A DNA stretch of 64,000 nt, from positions 62,001-126,000 of the forward strand of contig CBFFRP010000020.1 of the NCBI GenBank assembly GCA_965644295.1, read 5' to 3'. A model generated the notes under the pieces. The model ran no database searches, was not told the DNA's origin, and saw only the letters and a list, made by a program, of their open reading frames with translations. The position numbers and the translations under genes were made by a program. This stretch comes from Paraphysomonas bandaiensis. Taxonomy: Eukaryota; Protista; Chrysophyceae. Below, piece by piece: positions 1 through 9,948 of the stretch (its first letter is position 1; each line of letters starts with the position of its first letter).

Positions 1-399
1 GCAACCTCACATATACATGAGTTATGAGTTCTGTACTTCCTAAACTCTACACTGCATTATACATTCACTGCTTAGTAAGTTACCCATGTTTAATATAGAT
101 GTTAGTTAACTAAGTAATGTTTGTGTGTAGTAGTGATGTAGTTATTATATACTTATATACTATATTGTATAGCAATATATTCTGGGCCTTAACAATAACC
201 AATGTCGTGAGATTTTACTTGCCAATCAATATATTTGCAATTCAGTAATATATTGTTCCCTCAAGGTTTATCTCACTCGATTCAAGGTAGATACAAATCA
301 AATTTAATAAATTATCAGCTTTTATTTTACATTAACAAAAAAAACATATGAAATAGAGTGACTGCATACGATATGTATATAACTGCAATCACATTACTT

Positions 400-1100
400 C
401 TACTCACTATCATGCTTCTTGAGATTGCGGAGGAGCATTACCCAAGCATCTTCCCCATCCAAATAATATCCAAATAACCTCTCATGACATACATATCCAT
501 GTACTTTAATATAATGTGATATAGCGGCTACATTAGATACACGACAATATAAATTTACACAATCTATTTGTGGATATTGACGAAATTTTGCGTGTAAACA
601 ATTCATAAGTGATTTTGCAATACCAGCACGACGATAAGATGCATCTGTTGCAATACTAGATACATGTGCAATGGCAGTTGAACCATATGATGTTGCCCAT
701 AATAACCCTAAAATACACTGTATATTAATAGATTTTCATACTGTATACTTGAGATATCTACCATTAGTCGTATTAATATCCCAGTTAATTATACGTCCAA
801 ATGCATATGCTATCAGATGGATGTTAATATACGTACTATAAGCATAGTATTATAAATACCTATGATTTTTTTATCAGAATTTTCTGCAACAAGACTTAAA
901 GTTGGCCATATATGAATTTGATGATAATAAAAATCAACTTTATAATTTTCTGGGAGATTTCTTTGATTACAATGTTGAATATGAATAATATCTTGAAGGG
1001 TTGCTTGTCGTATAGTATACTGAAATGTATTGGTTGTAATATATTTTAGTTGTGTTAGTGTATGATATGGTGTGTATATATGGAATGATTTGATGTACAT
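400..1100 (-). CDS. N-terminal acetyltransferase, NAA10/ARD1/RimI-like GNAT (3 exons)
   Basis: Manual splicing gives ...IRQATLQDIIHIQHCNQRNLPENY...IIAYAFGR...AHVSSIATDASYRRAGIAKSLM...LYCRVSNVAAISHY...YYLDGEDAWVM. This contains the NAA10-type LPENY motif, the acetyl-CoA motif RRxGxA and the C-terminal YYxDGEDA. Start codon uncertain. Confidence 0.85.
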
Positions 1101-1618
1101 TGGACTGATAGTGTTAGTTATGGAGATCAAATGAGTGTTAAGGATAATGTATGTATCATTTTAATGATTGAATATTGCACGGCAATGCCGCCAATTCAAT
1201 ATATGAACCTTCTATGGATATATGGATATATATAGAAGAGAATGATGAAGCAATCAACGTGTATGCATGCATATACGCATATACATATACTGCTACTCCA
1301 TGTATGGTACTGCTATAGTATATACTTCGAATATCCAGAATACTATTCCAGTAGATAGACAAATTTTCTTAATGAAAAGCGGCAAGTATTGTAGAATTAT
1401 TAACAAAATTGACACTTTTTTCATATTTTGAGTGTTTTAGATATACAAAATACACTTTTTTTTCCTTTCTTTTTTTTTTTTGCATATACGAAATTCACTC
1501 CTCCCAGTACCATACCAGAGCATCAGCATCCATATATACTGTATGTATATATATGTATATGTACTGTATATGGCGTATACATAGGTTGCATACAGCAGCA
1601 GTGGTATGTAGATATGTC

Positions 1619-1741
1619 GGCATCCTTCGTATATTGAGACAACAATTATCTGTATTCCAGCCGTAGTTATATTGCAGATATATAGAGTATTTTTGATTCA
1701 ATATATTTCCGAAAAATAAGATGCTGACTGCTGGTACGATC
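1619..1741 (+). mobile_element. MITE family 1, degenerate copy with internal deletion
   Basis: Core attgagacaacaattatctgtattccagccgtag...gatgctgactgc is shared with 26712-26867, 34368-34491 and 44872-45025. Confidence 0.8.
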
Positions 1742-2455
1742 ATGCATATCTTCTCCGAGTCCTCTTCTCATCTCTCTCACTCATATACATATATATATAT
1801 ATATCAAGTGACTATCATAGTAAGTTTATCATATCCCTGCAATAAGTAGCTCCAATACCTTCTGCTGTAACGGTATTATTGCATAGAGTAGGAGTGCAGA
1901 TAGTTGCATATGTACAGTTGCAATGCAATGAATCAGACAATACGGTTTGAGTATATATAAACTGAAGAGAGTTAGTGCAACTAGATGAGACTACATACTA
2001 TACATACACACTGCACACTACACTCTTATAGCAGGGACAGTTTGTATCGTCGTTATTGCATGTAACAATCCTTTTTGACTGTTAGGGCATACTTAATCGA
2101 CGAAGAGTGAAGACAAAAAAGCCTGTATGACGCTGGAAGAGTGCTTATATTCTTGCTTGATATGATTATTTTATTATATATATGTGTGTGAATTATTTAA
2201 TTGAATAGAATTGTACATATGTGTTAGCACTTGAGCATGATAAGAATATAGTGGTCATAGTAATGACTTTCATAATATCTAAGTTTGAGTTACACTATAT
2301 TGTATAGTATACTAATTAGACTGGCAAAAAATCCTTCAATATTGTTACTTTTAAGGTAGCTAGTTTAGCAATATATTACTATCAGCCTGTTGAGAGACTT
2401 CCTGACTGGGTACCCTCTAAAACAATACCAATGCTAGAGATCCAAAATTTAAAAA

Positions 2456-2654
2456 TGGTATGATTCAAAACTAAGAAATAAAGAGTTGAAATATCTAAGT
2501 ACAGTTGCACGAGTCACCATGTGGTATGTACTTCCAATACAAGCTAAATGTGAACGCTTGTTCAGCGCAGCTTAACTTAATATCTAATTGCTGCGCAAAA
2601 CGCAAAAGAATGAATTATACTACACTTAATGTGATGTTATTTCTAAAAAGCTAA
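2456..2654 (+). pseudogene. hAT transposase C-terminal dimerisation domain relic
   Basis: Translates as WYDSKLRNKELKYLSTVARVTMWYVLPIQAKCERLFSAA*, then after a frameshift KRKRMNYTTLNVMLFLKS. This matches the hATC pattern ERxFS...R...L.FL. Confidence 0.7.
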
Positions 2655-2948
2655 TAGGCAGTTGCGTTGGATGCATGCATTTTTCAAATTAGTTAGAATG
2701 AATGATGATGAGTCACGAGTATGAAGAAAACTGTGATTAACTAACTAGCAGGTAGTCTTTTCTTACCATCGTAGTAGGCTTGATTATCATGTGCTCTTGG
2801 TGACTAGTACTAAAAATGGAATCCCCGTATGTGTTTAATTATTAATTATTGATTAGCTATTAATGATGCTAATATATTGCACGAGTACTGTTGGGCCGGT
2901 TTAAATGATTTCGTCAATATTATAGATGGGACGCTATCTACTAATAGT

Positions 2949-2974
2949 ATTGCAATATATTGTTCCCTACCCTG
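2949..2974. repeat. Putative hAT terminal inverted repeat (right end)
   Basis: attgcaatatattgttccctaccctg, whose reverse complement starts CAGGG, lies downstream of the hAT relic. Related ends occur at 247-261 and 48456-48477. Confidence 0.5.
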
Positions 2975-3105
2975 TAGTACATTAACACAACTGATGAGTC
3001 TTATTTATCCGATATGATATCTACGACACATGTACTCCAGTCATACTAAACGACAGATTCACATTATAAATAAACGTCCATACTTGTTAAGATATAATAC
3101 TGCTT

Positions 3106-6100
3106 CTATTCCGCCTCCACCACTACTTGGTGACCAACATTTTTCGCAGATATCCACACATCAGTCCCATCAATAGACGACTGTAGTGCGTGGTCCGATG
3201 GCTGGGCCCGAGAAGCGTGAGGTCTCACGACACCCCTCTTAGCGTGAGTCCTTATAGGCTGCTGAGGCTCTGTTAATGTTCGTCCGTTGGTGAGGCGTGC
3301 TCTAGTTTCCGTTCCCGACGCACTTGCCCGTCGGCGTGAGGTACTACGCACGTCATTGCCTTGAGCAAACGGCACTCGTCCGGGAGTTTTGTACGGTGTG
3401 CGGTGCGTACTGCAATTTCCAGTCAATGAGGAGCGGCCAGTGCTCCCTGAAAGCATCCTTGAAGTTGGAGGCGGGGTTTGAGAGCGCAGGTTGGAACGTG
3501 CTGTTGGTGTAGTACAGCTGGAATTGGATTGGATGGAACGCCGTCCTGTGGGAGTGCGACTTCGTCCTCCTATTGGTACAGGAGGTGGTGTAATACTCCG
3601 AGACGAATGTCCGTAAGCTCCAGTTCTATTCGGCGTGCTACACCGTGATGATGGGCGACTCCTACTGGACCTAAATGGAGAACCTACATCCGTCACACAT
3701 ACACTTTCATCGGTATCTCCAATGTAGAGAGGTGGGATCACCAAAGCATTCCGATCTGCTGTAGTCAATTTCTCTCTCCCGCTGGAACGATTCATTGTGT
3801 TAAAAAGAAGTTGAATCTTGTACTCAGTAGACCCGCCCTCAACTTTCCCGTGTGTTACAAAATTCTGTGCCACTGTATTCAGTACCTCTACAAAATCATC
3901 ATACGAGAGTGTGTCGTCATGTTTGCTATTTTCCGAGTCTTCGAAAACAATATCACAAATGTCCAATAGCATAGTTTTACTGCATGAAAAACAATAGTTA
4001 TTGACACCGCTAAAACATATCATAGCAGAACTACAACACATGACGTTCCATACAGTAGACATGCGATACCTGCAATGCTGGGGACAAACACCAAAATCTC
4101 GAAGCATTCTATACATGTCGTCAACAGCAACAGCCACTGCACTCTTTCTAGCCTGGTCACGTGCACCAGCATGCACCTTTCTCGTAGAAGGCTCAGGGTA
4201 AATACATGGACTATCTGCAGAAGTACTCTGTGACGCGTTAAATCCCCGCTCGTCGTCCAACGAGCTCACTAAGGCACTTCCAGAAGGTGATCTCATCGCT
4301 GATGCGGCAGAACAATCCTGACCAGGTGATTCTTTGGAAGGGGAAATAACAATAGTAGGTATATCATTGAGGAGTGAGTAATATGATCTTGTGCGTGAAG
4401 AAACAGAATACCTCAACGCTAACGACACCAAGGTTGGTTCATTTTTGCGTAACAGAGATACTACCTCTGAGCTCATGGGACCAACTGTAATAGGTTTCCT
4501 AGGGGACATCTGACAGGTTGTGGAAAGAGCAGCGTGAGAACTAGGCAATGAGGCACCTAGAACCCCAACAAATGCGGGGACAACGGTGGTTGATCGGCTC
4601 GAGCACTTCCTGCGCCGCCCAGCTGATCGATCCATGGTTGTGAGAACAGACCTCAGCCCCGCCCCAACAAGTGGGGAATAGAGTGGGTTCGACGCAAATA
4701 CATCTGATTCACGAATGCTCATCACAGGTCTCATAGAACGTTCTCCGTCTGTGGAATCAATAGGCAAGGGCGGCAGTGAAACCAAATCCGCAGCGAGAAG
4801 TAGTAGTACGCGACAAAAATTATTGTAGGATAAGTATCTACGACTAGAATTTGATTTGGGCTGTTCATGAAGGACATCTTCTACAATGAGATTTAATCCC
4901 GCCAGAGGCATAATTTGTGGCATAACCCCCCAATCGCGAAACAAAGTTCCAATGTTGCTCACTGACACTAAACCAACTGAAAATCGCTTTTCAGTGGCAG
5001 GTATGCATTTTTGTGCGTCGACATATCGCTGAAACACAGCCCACAGATTTTGTTTGTTTGCCAATAGTAACCGCTTCGCATCTACTTGGTCCTCCCGATC
5101 GCAGCTACCATACAAATGTAGCACGGACTGCTTAGCGTAAGAATCTCTCTGGGGTGACAGGGTTTTCACCTCCGCCGATGCAAGGCCTTTTATTCGACGT
5201 CTTTCCTTTTCCTTCAGGAGAGACTTATATACAGTACTTTTCCATCTCCAGGTTCTTTGAAGGTGAACTATGGTGGTATCAAACAAGTCCCGTATATATT
5301 TCTGTCGGTTAACGTAAGTTCGAAAACCACCACAACGAACCCAACGCTGAATACAACATGCACTGAGACGTGCCTTCCGCAAACGTCTGCGCTGGATATA
5401 CACTGTTACTATGCGACGTAAGACACCGTAAGCAAGGTTAACTTTAATAGACATTTGCTTCTGGATGTATCTGTGACATCTATTTTTGAAACGACACAGC
5501 AACAGTACAGTTTTTTTCCATTGCTTAATCATTTTCTTTCTACGATAATAAGCCCCAAGAGCACTGGCCAATTTTTTTCCAGCGGCCTTCCGGCGGGCTG
5601 GCATAACGCAATTCAAAACAAACGTACGCAGTATTCGCAGCACCGGTCGCCATTTACGAATGATCTTCCAGCGGGCATAGAGAATTTGCAGCTGTTTTGC
5701 TAAGTGAACCAATTTGAAGTGTCGTCGTGCATGAAACAAACAAATTCGAATAAACTTTCGAAGAAGATACATACGCCTGCGGAAGAGACGCATTCCTTGT
5801 TGAAATCGAAACACCTTTTGGACTGATCGAACAAGATTGTACTTTTTCCTATATATACTCCGGATATAATACATTCGGAAGGTTGACTGTATTGCAGTTA
5901 CCCTAGCTCCTAAAAGTTCGTTATTCAGCTTTTCAAGCGTCAAAAAGCCGTTCTGCCTCAAGAATATTAGAGTCTTTCCCCGCTGTATGCAGAGCATGTT
6001 ATCTGCTGCATCATCTGAGAACCCGTCGCTCACGAGATCTCCCGTCACAGCCGCCAGCTGCAATCGCTGAATAACAATATCAATACCCTGCGATACCTCT

Positions 6101-8256
6101 ACATATATGTGATCTTCGCTATAAGGCATGGTATTAGGGTCTTTCCCAGGAGGAAGAAGACGGATTTTATTCATGCTGCCATCGTCATCTTCCATCAACG
6201 CCTCGCGTATCAACACACACATGAGAGAGTAGTATCGACTCCAGAACTCTTCATACGAAAATCGAACGGGAAACCCGGCTCGAGTGACTTTTATAGTGTG
6301 TAACACACCTCCACAATTAAGTTGCTCTGACATATATGTATCATTAAAATCTCCCTTCCGTTGCTTATCATTGGGTTTGAAACATTTCACGTAATGAGCT
6401 CGCGTAGCGCGTATGGTGCTCAAGAGTTCTTCCACATTTGAGCAAAATGTGTTGGAAATTGTTGACACCTGCATAACAGACATGCGGCGCTTACCACCTA
6501 CAGCAGAATGTGTAGGTGTATTTGCTTTCGATTTCATTGTCACCGTTGTGGTTGCCACCTTCGCCAGATCCTGTACAAATTCATGAGAAGATGCAGTCAG
6601 CAGTTCGTCTAGTGGGAAGAATTGGGTCTTATTCTTCGCTACAAAGTCATTCGCATTGTACAACACGACTCCAGCATAATGTCGAACTCCAAATTCAGAC
6701 TTGGCTTTATTCAAACGAGAATTTGACATGCGAGGATGTGAGTCAAGATTAGTATACACCTGGTTGACAAACCAGGAATCTGTGCCTTGGGCAGCATTCA
6801 TACATGCGTCATCTAATAGACCAATGATCGACATGCCAGTCTTCTTACCGCCCGCAGAACCAGAGATTAATGCAATACAATCCAAAGCAGAAGGAAAATC
6901 GATAAAACTCCAATCGATTCCTTCTTGTACATAGAGCAGTTGCTCGGCCTCAATCATAGTCGCGTCGTACTGCTGCTGCAAGTGCTCGTTGGCGTAATTT
7001 ATTAGTAACTGTTCTAAACTATTCTGTTGCAGGCACTCAAAGCCAAATATATCTAGCAATCCAATCTTTCCACATGTATCGATGGGGTAATTGGAATTAC
7101 TATCTTGACGCAAGGTTCCGTTCAGAAACCCGATCATCCACTCAAACATGGTTCTGTACAATGTCTTCGCAAAGATGTCTTTCATTTCAGCCGCTTGTTC
7201 CTCGCGAAGAGTGACAGTAAATTCCTCTCCATTCACTGTCATACTGCGAGTGGTCAGCACTCGAATTAGTGCGTCACATTCCACTCCTAAGAGTTCTGAA
7301 ACTTGATTAAGAAGGGTCATGTTCTCAGCATCAATATTCATGACAACATCTCCGGCAGAGTTCGTATGTGTGCTAAAAGAAGAATTTCCCACCGTGAGAA
7401 CAGCCATTACAGTCCGTAGTAAGCCATCAACAGTCTTCTCTTTCGCCCCTAACACTTCCAGTGACCGAAGAAAGGTGGTGTACAGGGTGTCATCTCGCAC
7501 TCCATCTCTTCGGTCAAGTGCACCACCACAGAGAATAAGATAATCATACGAATGGGGCTGCTTTATGTGATACTGGGATCGGCGCTGCTCGTCCTGCTCC
7601 GTACATATCATATAAAATATATGAAAATTTCTCTCGCTTGCTTGCTGGCGAACCACACGAGTGGTCTCTAATAAAAAGGTGTTTAATGAGGCCCCACGTA
7701 ACTCTCCACTATGGTCAAATAACAATCTAACATACTTCCCAAAACGCGAAGAATTATCATTCCGGACGGTTCGTGCATTTCCAATAGCATCTAGTATTGG
7801 GTTCGTCTGGAGTACTTTTCTCTGTACCTCTCCGAGTGAATCATTCCCTCCATCTTCATTATTCATCTTTACATTTCCAATTTGTGCAAGAAATCGCATA
7901 ATAATCTTTGTTGTCTCTGTTTTTCCTGCACCAGATTCTCCACTAATCAAAATACTTTGATCATACAATGTATATGAATGTGTATTATGAGATTGATCTC
8001 TATACATATCATATATAGCTAATGCAGCTGTTTTCCATGCATGAGGTGGTAGTTTATTCCCATTAATACAATATTCCTGTAATAGATTCTCAGAGAATAA
8101 GGTAGGAAGATCATGATAAGGGTTGATAGCAAGAAGAACGGGACCGGAATTAGTGTATATATAATTCTTTCCATATCTTTCTTTAAGTAAATTAAGAACT
8201 GATTGTTCTGTTGCTACAGGTAGAGATGAGACGTCTTCACTGAGAGGGATAGACAT
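3106..8256 (-). CDS. Unconventional myosin heavy chain (motor domain, IQ motifs, unusual tail)
   Basis: P-loop SGESGAGKT, switch I NDNSSRFGKY, switch II DIFGFE, HYVKCFKPN and several IQ-like motifs. A probable 90-nt in-frame intron lies at 3980-4069. Confidence 0.97.
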   Translation of the reverse strand: MSIPLSEDVSSLPVATEQSVLNLLKERYGKNYIYTNSGPVLLAINPYHDLPTLFSENLLQEYCINGNKLPPHAWKTAALAIYDMYRDQSHNTHSYTLYDQSILISGESGAGKTETTKIIMRFLAQIGNVKMNNEDGGNDSLGEVQRKVLQTNPILDAIGNARTVRNDNSSRFGKYVRLLFDHSGELRGASLNTFLLETTRVVRQQASERNFHIFYMICTEQDEQRRSQYHIKQPHSYDYLILCGGALDRRDGVRDDTLYTTFLRSLEVLGAKEKTVDGLLRTVMAVLTVGNSSFSTHTNSAGDVVMNIDAENMTLLNQVSELLGVECDALIRVLTTRSMTVNGEEFTVTLREEQAAEMKDIFAKTLYRTMFEWMIGFLNGTLRQDSNSNYPIDTCGKIGLLDIFGFECLQQNSLEQLLINYANEHLQQQYDATMIEAEQLLYVQEGIDWSFIDFPSALDCIALISGSAGGKKTGMSIIGLLDDACMNAAQGTDSWFVNQVYTNLDSHPRMSNSRLNKAKSEFGVRHYAGVVLYNANDFVAKNKTQFFPLDELLTASSHEFVQDLAKVATTTVTMKSKANTPTHSAVGGKRRMSVMQVSTISNTFCSNVEELLSTIRATRAHYVKCFKPNDKQRKGDFNDTYMSEQLNCGGVLHTIKVTRAGFPVRFSYEEFWSRYYSLMCVLIREALMEDDDGSMNKIRLLPPGKDPNTMPYSEDHIYVEVSQGIDIVIQRLQLAAVTGDLVSDGFSDDAADNMLCIQRGKTLIFLRQNGFLTLEKLNNELLGARVTAIQSTFRMYYIRSIYRKKYNLVRSVQKVFRFQQGMRLFRRRMYLLRKFIRICLFHARRHFKLVHLAKQLQILYARWKIIRKWRPVLRILRTFVLNCVMPARRKAAGKKLASALGAYYRRKKMIKQWKKTVLLLCRFKNRCHRYIQKQMSIKVNLAYGVLRRIVTVYIQRRRLRKARLSACCIQRWVRCGGFRTYVNRQKYIRDLFDTTIVHLQRTWRWKSTVYKSLLKEKERRRIKGLASAEVKTLSPQRDSYAKQSVLHLYGSCDREDQVDAKRLLLANKQNLWAVFQRYVDAQKCIPATEKRFSVGLVSVSNIGTLFRDWGVMPQIMPLAGLNLIVEDVLHEQPKSNSSRRYLSYNNFCRVLLLLAADLVSLPPLPIDSTDGERSMRPVMSIRESDVFASNPLYSPLVGAGLRSVLTTMDRSAGRRRKCSSRSTTVVPAFVGVLGASLPSSHAALSTTCQMSPRKPITVGPMSSEVVSLLRKNEPTLVSLALRYSVSSRTRSYYSLLNDIPTIVISPSKESPGQDCSAASAMRSPSGSALVSSLDDERGFNASQSTSADSPCIYPEPSTRKVHAGARDQARKSAVAVAVDDMYRMLRDFGVCPQHCRYRMSTVWNVMCCSSAMICFSGVNNYCFSCSKTMLLDICDIVFEDSENSKHDDTLSYDDFVEVLNTVAQNFVTHGKVEGGSTEYKIQLLFNTMNRSSGREKLTTADRNALVIPPLYIGDTDESVCVTDVGSPFRSSRSRPSSRCSTPNRTGAYGHSSRSITPPPVPIGGRSRTPTGRRSIQSNSSCTTPTARSNLRSQTPPPTSRMLSGSTGRSSLTGNCSTHRTPYKTPGRVPFAQGNDVRSTSRRRASASGTETRARLTNGRTLTEPQQPIRTHAKRGVVRPHASRAQPSDHALQSSIDGTDVWISAKNVGHQVVVEAE

Positions 8257-8451
8257 GTGATAGAGGGTAATGTTACATGTGAATATGAGGGTTAGATATT
8301 AGTGGTATCGTGTGTTGGGAGGGAGAGTGTATGTATAACTAGAAAGTGATTGATGCCAAATATTTGATCACATTGACTGCATTGTACACGACTATATACT
8401 GCAAAAATAGATGCACCTACACCCACAGAGAGCGATAATGAGCAATAGATC

Positions 8452-8735
8452 CTGTACTGCTGTATTTATGTACTGCTGTACTTTAAGTATGTATGTATGT
8501 ACTGCTGTACTTTAAGTATGTATGTATGTACTGCTGTACTTTAAGTATGTATGTATGTACTGCTGTACTTTAAGTATGTATGTATGTATGTATGTATGTA
8601 TGTATGTATGTATGTATGTATGTATGTATGTATGTATGTATGTATGTATGTATGTATGTATGTATGTATGTATGTATGTATGTATGTATGTATGTATGTA
8701 TGTATGTATGTATGTATGTATGTATGTATATGTAT
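8452..8735. repeat. 29-bp tandem repeat (x4) followed by a (TATG)n microsatellite
   Basis: The unit tactgctgtactttaagtatgtatgtatg starts at 8471, 8500, 8529 and 8558, followed by about 150 bp of pure TATG. Confidence 0.97.
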
Positions 8736-8885
8736 GTACATGGATATGTATTTGGTATTTGGGTTGGTTGGATGTGGATTATGCATACGTAGATGCTTGT
8801 TCTATATGGTATGGTAAACTGGATTGGTCACTTCGAGTAAATAGTCACTCAACATCTCCAATCCTCTTCAACTCAATATCAGCTC

Positions 8886-9656
8886 ATGTCAAAACGTCGT
8901 AGAATGCAGACCAACCTCAAACAAACCAAAACCTGTGAATCATATGCAGTAACCACACATACAGAGCCAACTCCTCCTCATAACGACACTCCTCGTATAT
9001 CCACTTTACCTCCTGTACGAGAATTCATATCACTAACATCACAATCTGCTTCACGTCTATTGTATCCTAATCCAGTATGTTTCTTATCGACAATGGGTAG
9101 TACTGGTAGATGTAATGTGATGACCATATCTTGGTTAACGGCTGCTAACAATCATGGTGGGATGGTATTTGTGATTCATAAGAGCCGATTTTCAGCTAAG
9201 AATTTACTCGATAAGGGTGATTTTATACTCAGTGTCGCTCATGCGGGTCAAAAGGATTTGCTTTTGGAAGTCGGAAAAGTATCGGGAAAATCGGTTGACA
9301 AATGTGCATCTATCACTGACCTGAACCTGCAGACAGGTAGTAAAGACGATGCACCGGCAAATGTGTTCTCTGCTTTAGATGATAGTGATGAGGAAGAATC
9401 CTCTAATGAAGTCGATGTCGCCCCTTCTGAATTATGTCCCGTTGACGGTACTGTAGCACATATGCGGTGCACCGTCAAGAGCCATTCCGAAGCAGCTGAT
9501 CCAGGCCACTGGATGGTGGTTGCTCAAATAGATGAGGCTTATGTGCATCCTCAATACTGGGATGGAAAGTGCTTTTCTCCAGTGTCAAATGAGCTTCCGC
9601 CATTGCTTTCGTTTGTTGGCAGCCAGCGGTTTGCATTTGTGAGACCCGAATGTTAG
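8886..9656 (+). CDS. Flavin reductase-like FMN-binding split-barrel protein (DIM6/NTAB family)
   Basis: Intronless 256 aa ORF with RLLYPNPVCFLST, NVMTISW, GKVSGKSVDK and HWMVVAQI...AYV, which are typical of this family. Confidence 0.8.
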   Translation: MSKRRRMQTNLKQTKTCESYAVTTHTEPTPPHNDTPRISTLPPVREFISLTSQSASRLLYPNPVCFLSTMGSTGRCNVMTISWLTAANNHGGMVFVIHKSRFSAKNLLDKGDFILSVAHAGQKDLLLEVGKVSGKSVDKCASITDLNLQTGSKDDAPANVFSALDDSDEEESSNEVDVAPSELCPVDGTVAHMRCTVKSHSEAADPGHWMVVAQIDEAYVHPQYWDGKCFSPVSNELPPLLSFVGSQRFAFVRPEC

Positions 9657-9948
9657 ATATATAGTAGTATAGTGCGGTGTACACTGTTCGTTACTTTACT
9701 TGTATTAACTAAATGACTCAAACGGCTTAATGGCTAGTAGAATATTTCGTTCTCCTTAAATATAAAACTGAGAAATAGAGTTTATTCTATTACACTAACG
9801 CTAACTAAAATATGAATGAGATTAATTATACTCTAGCTCAAATCAGGATAGTACAATGGATATCACTTAACCAAACTCTCAAAATATTCCCATCCTGTTT
9901 CTTCTACTAACATCGACGACATTTATGAAATACGATGAAAAACTAATA

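Noticed and set aside
1409-1743. Short ORFs sharing LRQQLSVFQP or GWNTDNCCLN peptides (also 26622-26906 and 44836-45081)
   Set aside because: The shared peptides come from MITE family 1 DNA, and the frames are not conserved between copies.
2991-3030. ctgatgagtc resembling a hammerhead ribozyme core
   Set aside because: No properly placed GAAA or closing stems.
8471-8586. 29-bp repeats resembling a CRISPR array
   Set aside because: Head-to-tail units with no unique spacers, no cas genes, and a eukaryotic context.
8522-8902. ORFs rich in MYVC/HTYI repeats (also 29396-29905)
   Set aside because: They are translations of the TATG/CATA microsatellites, which have no stops in several frames.
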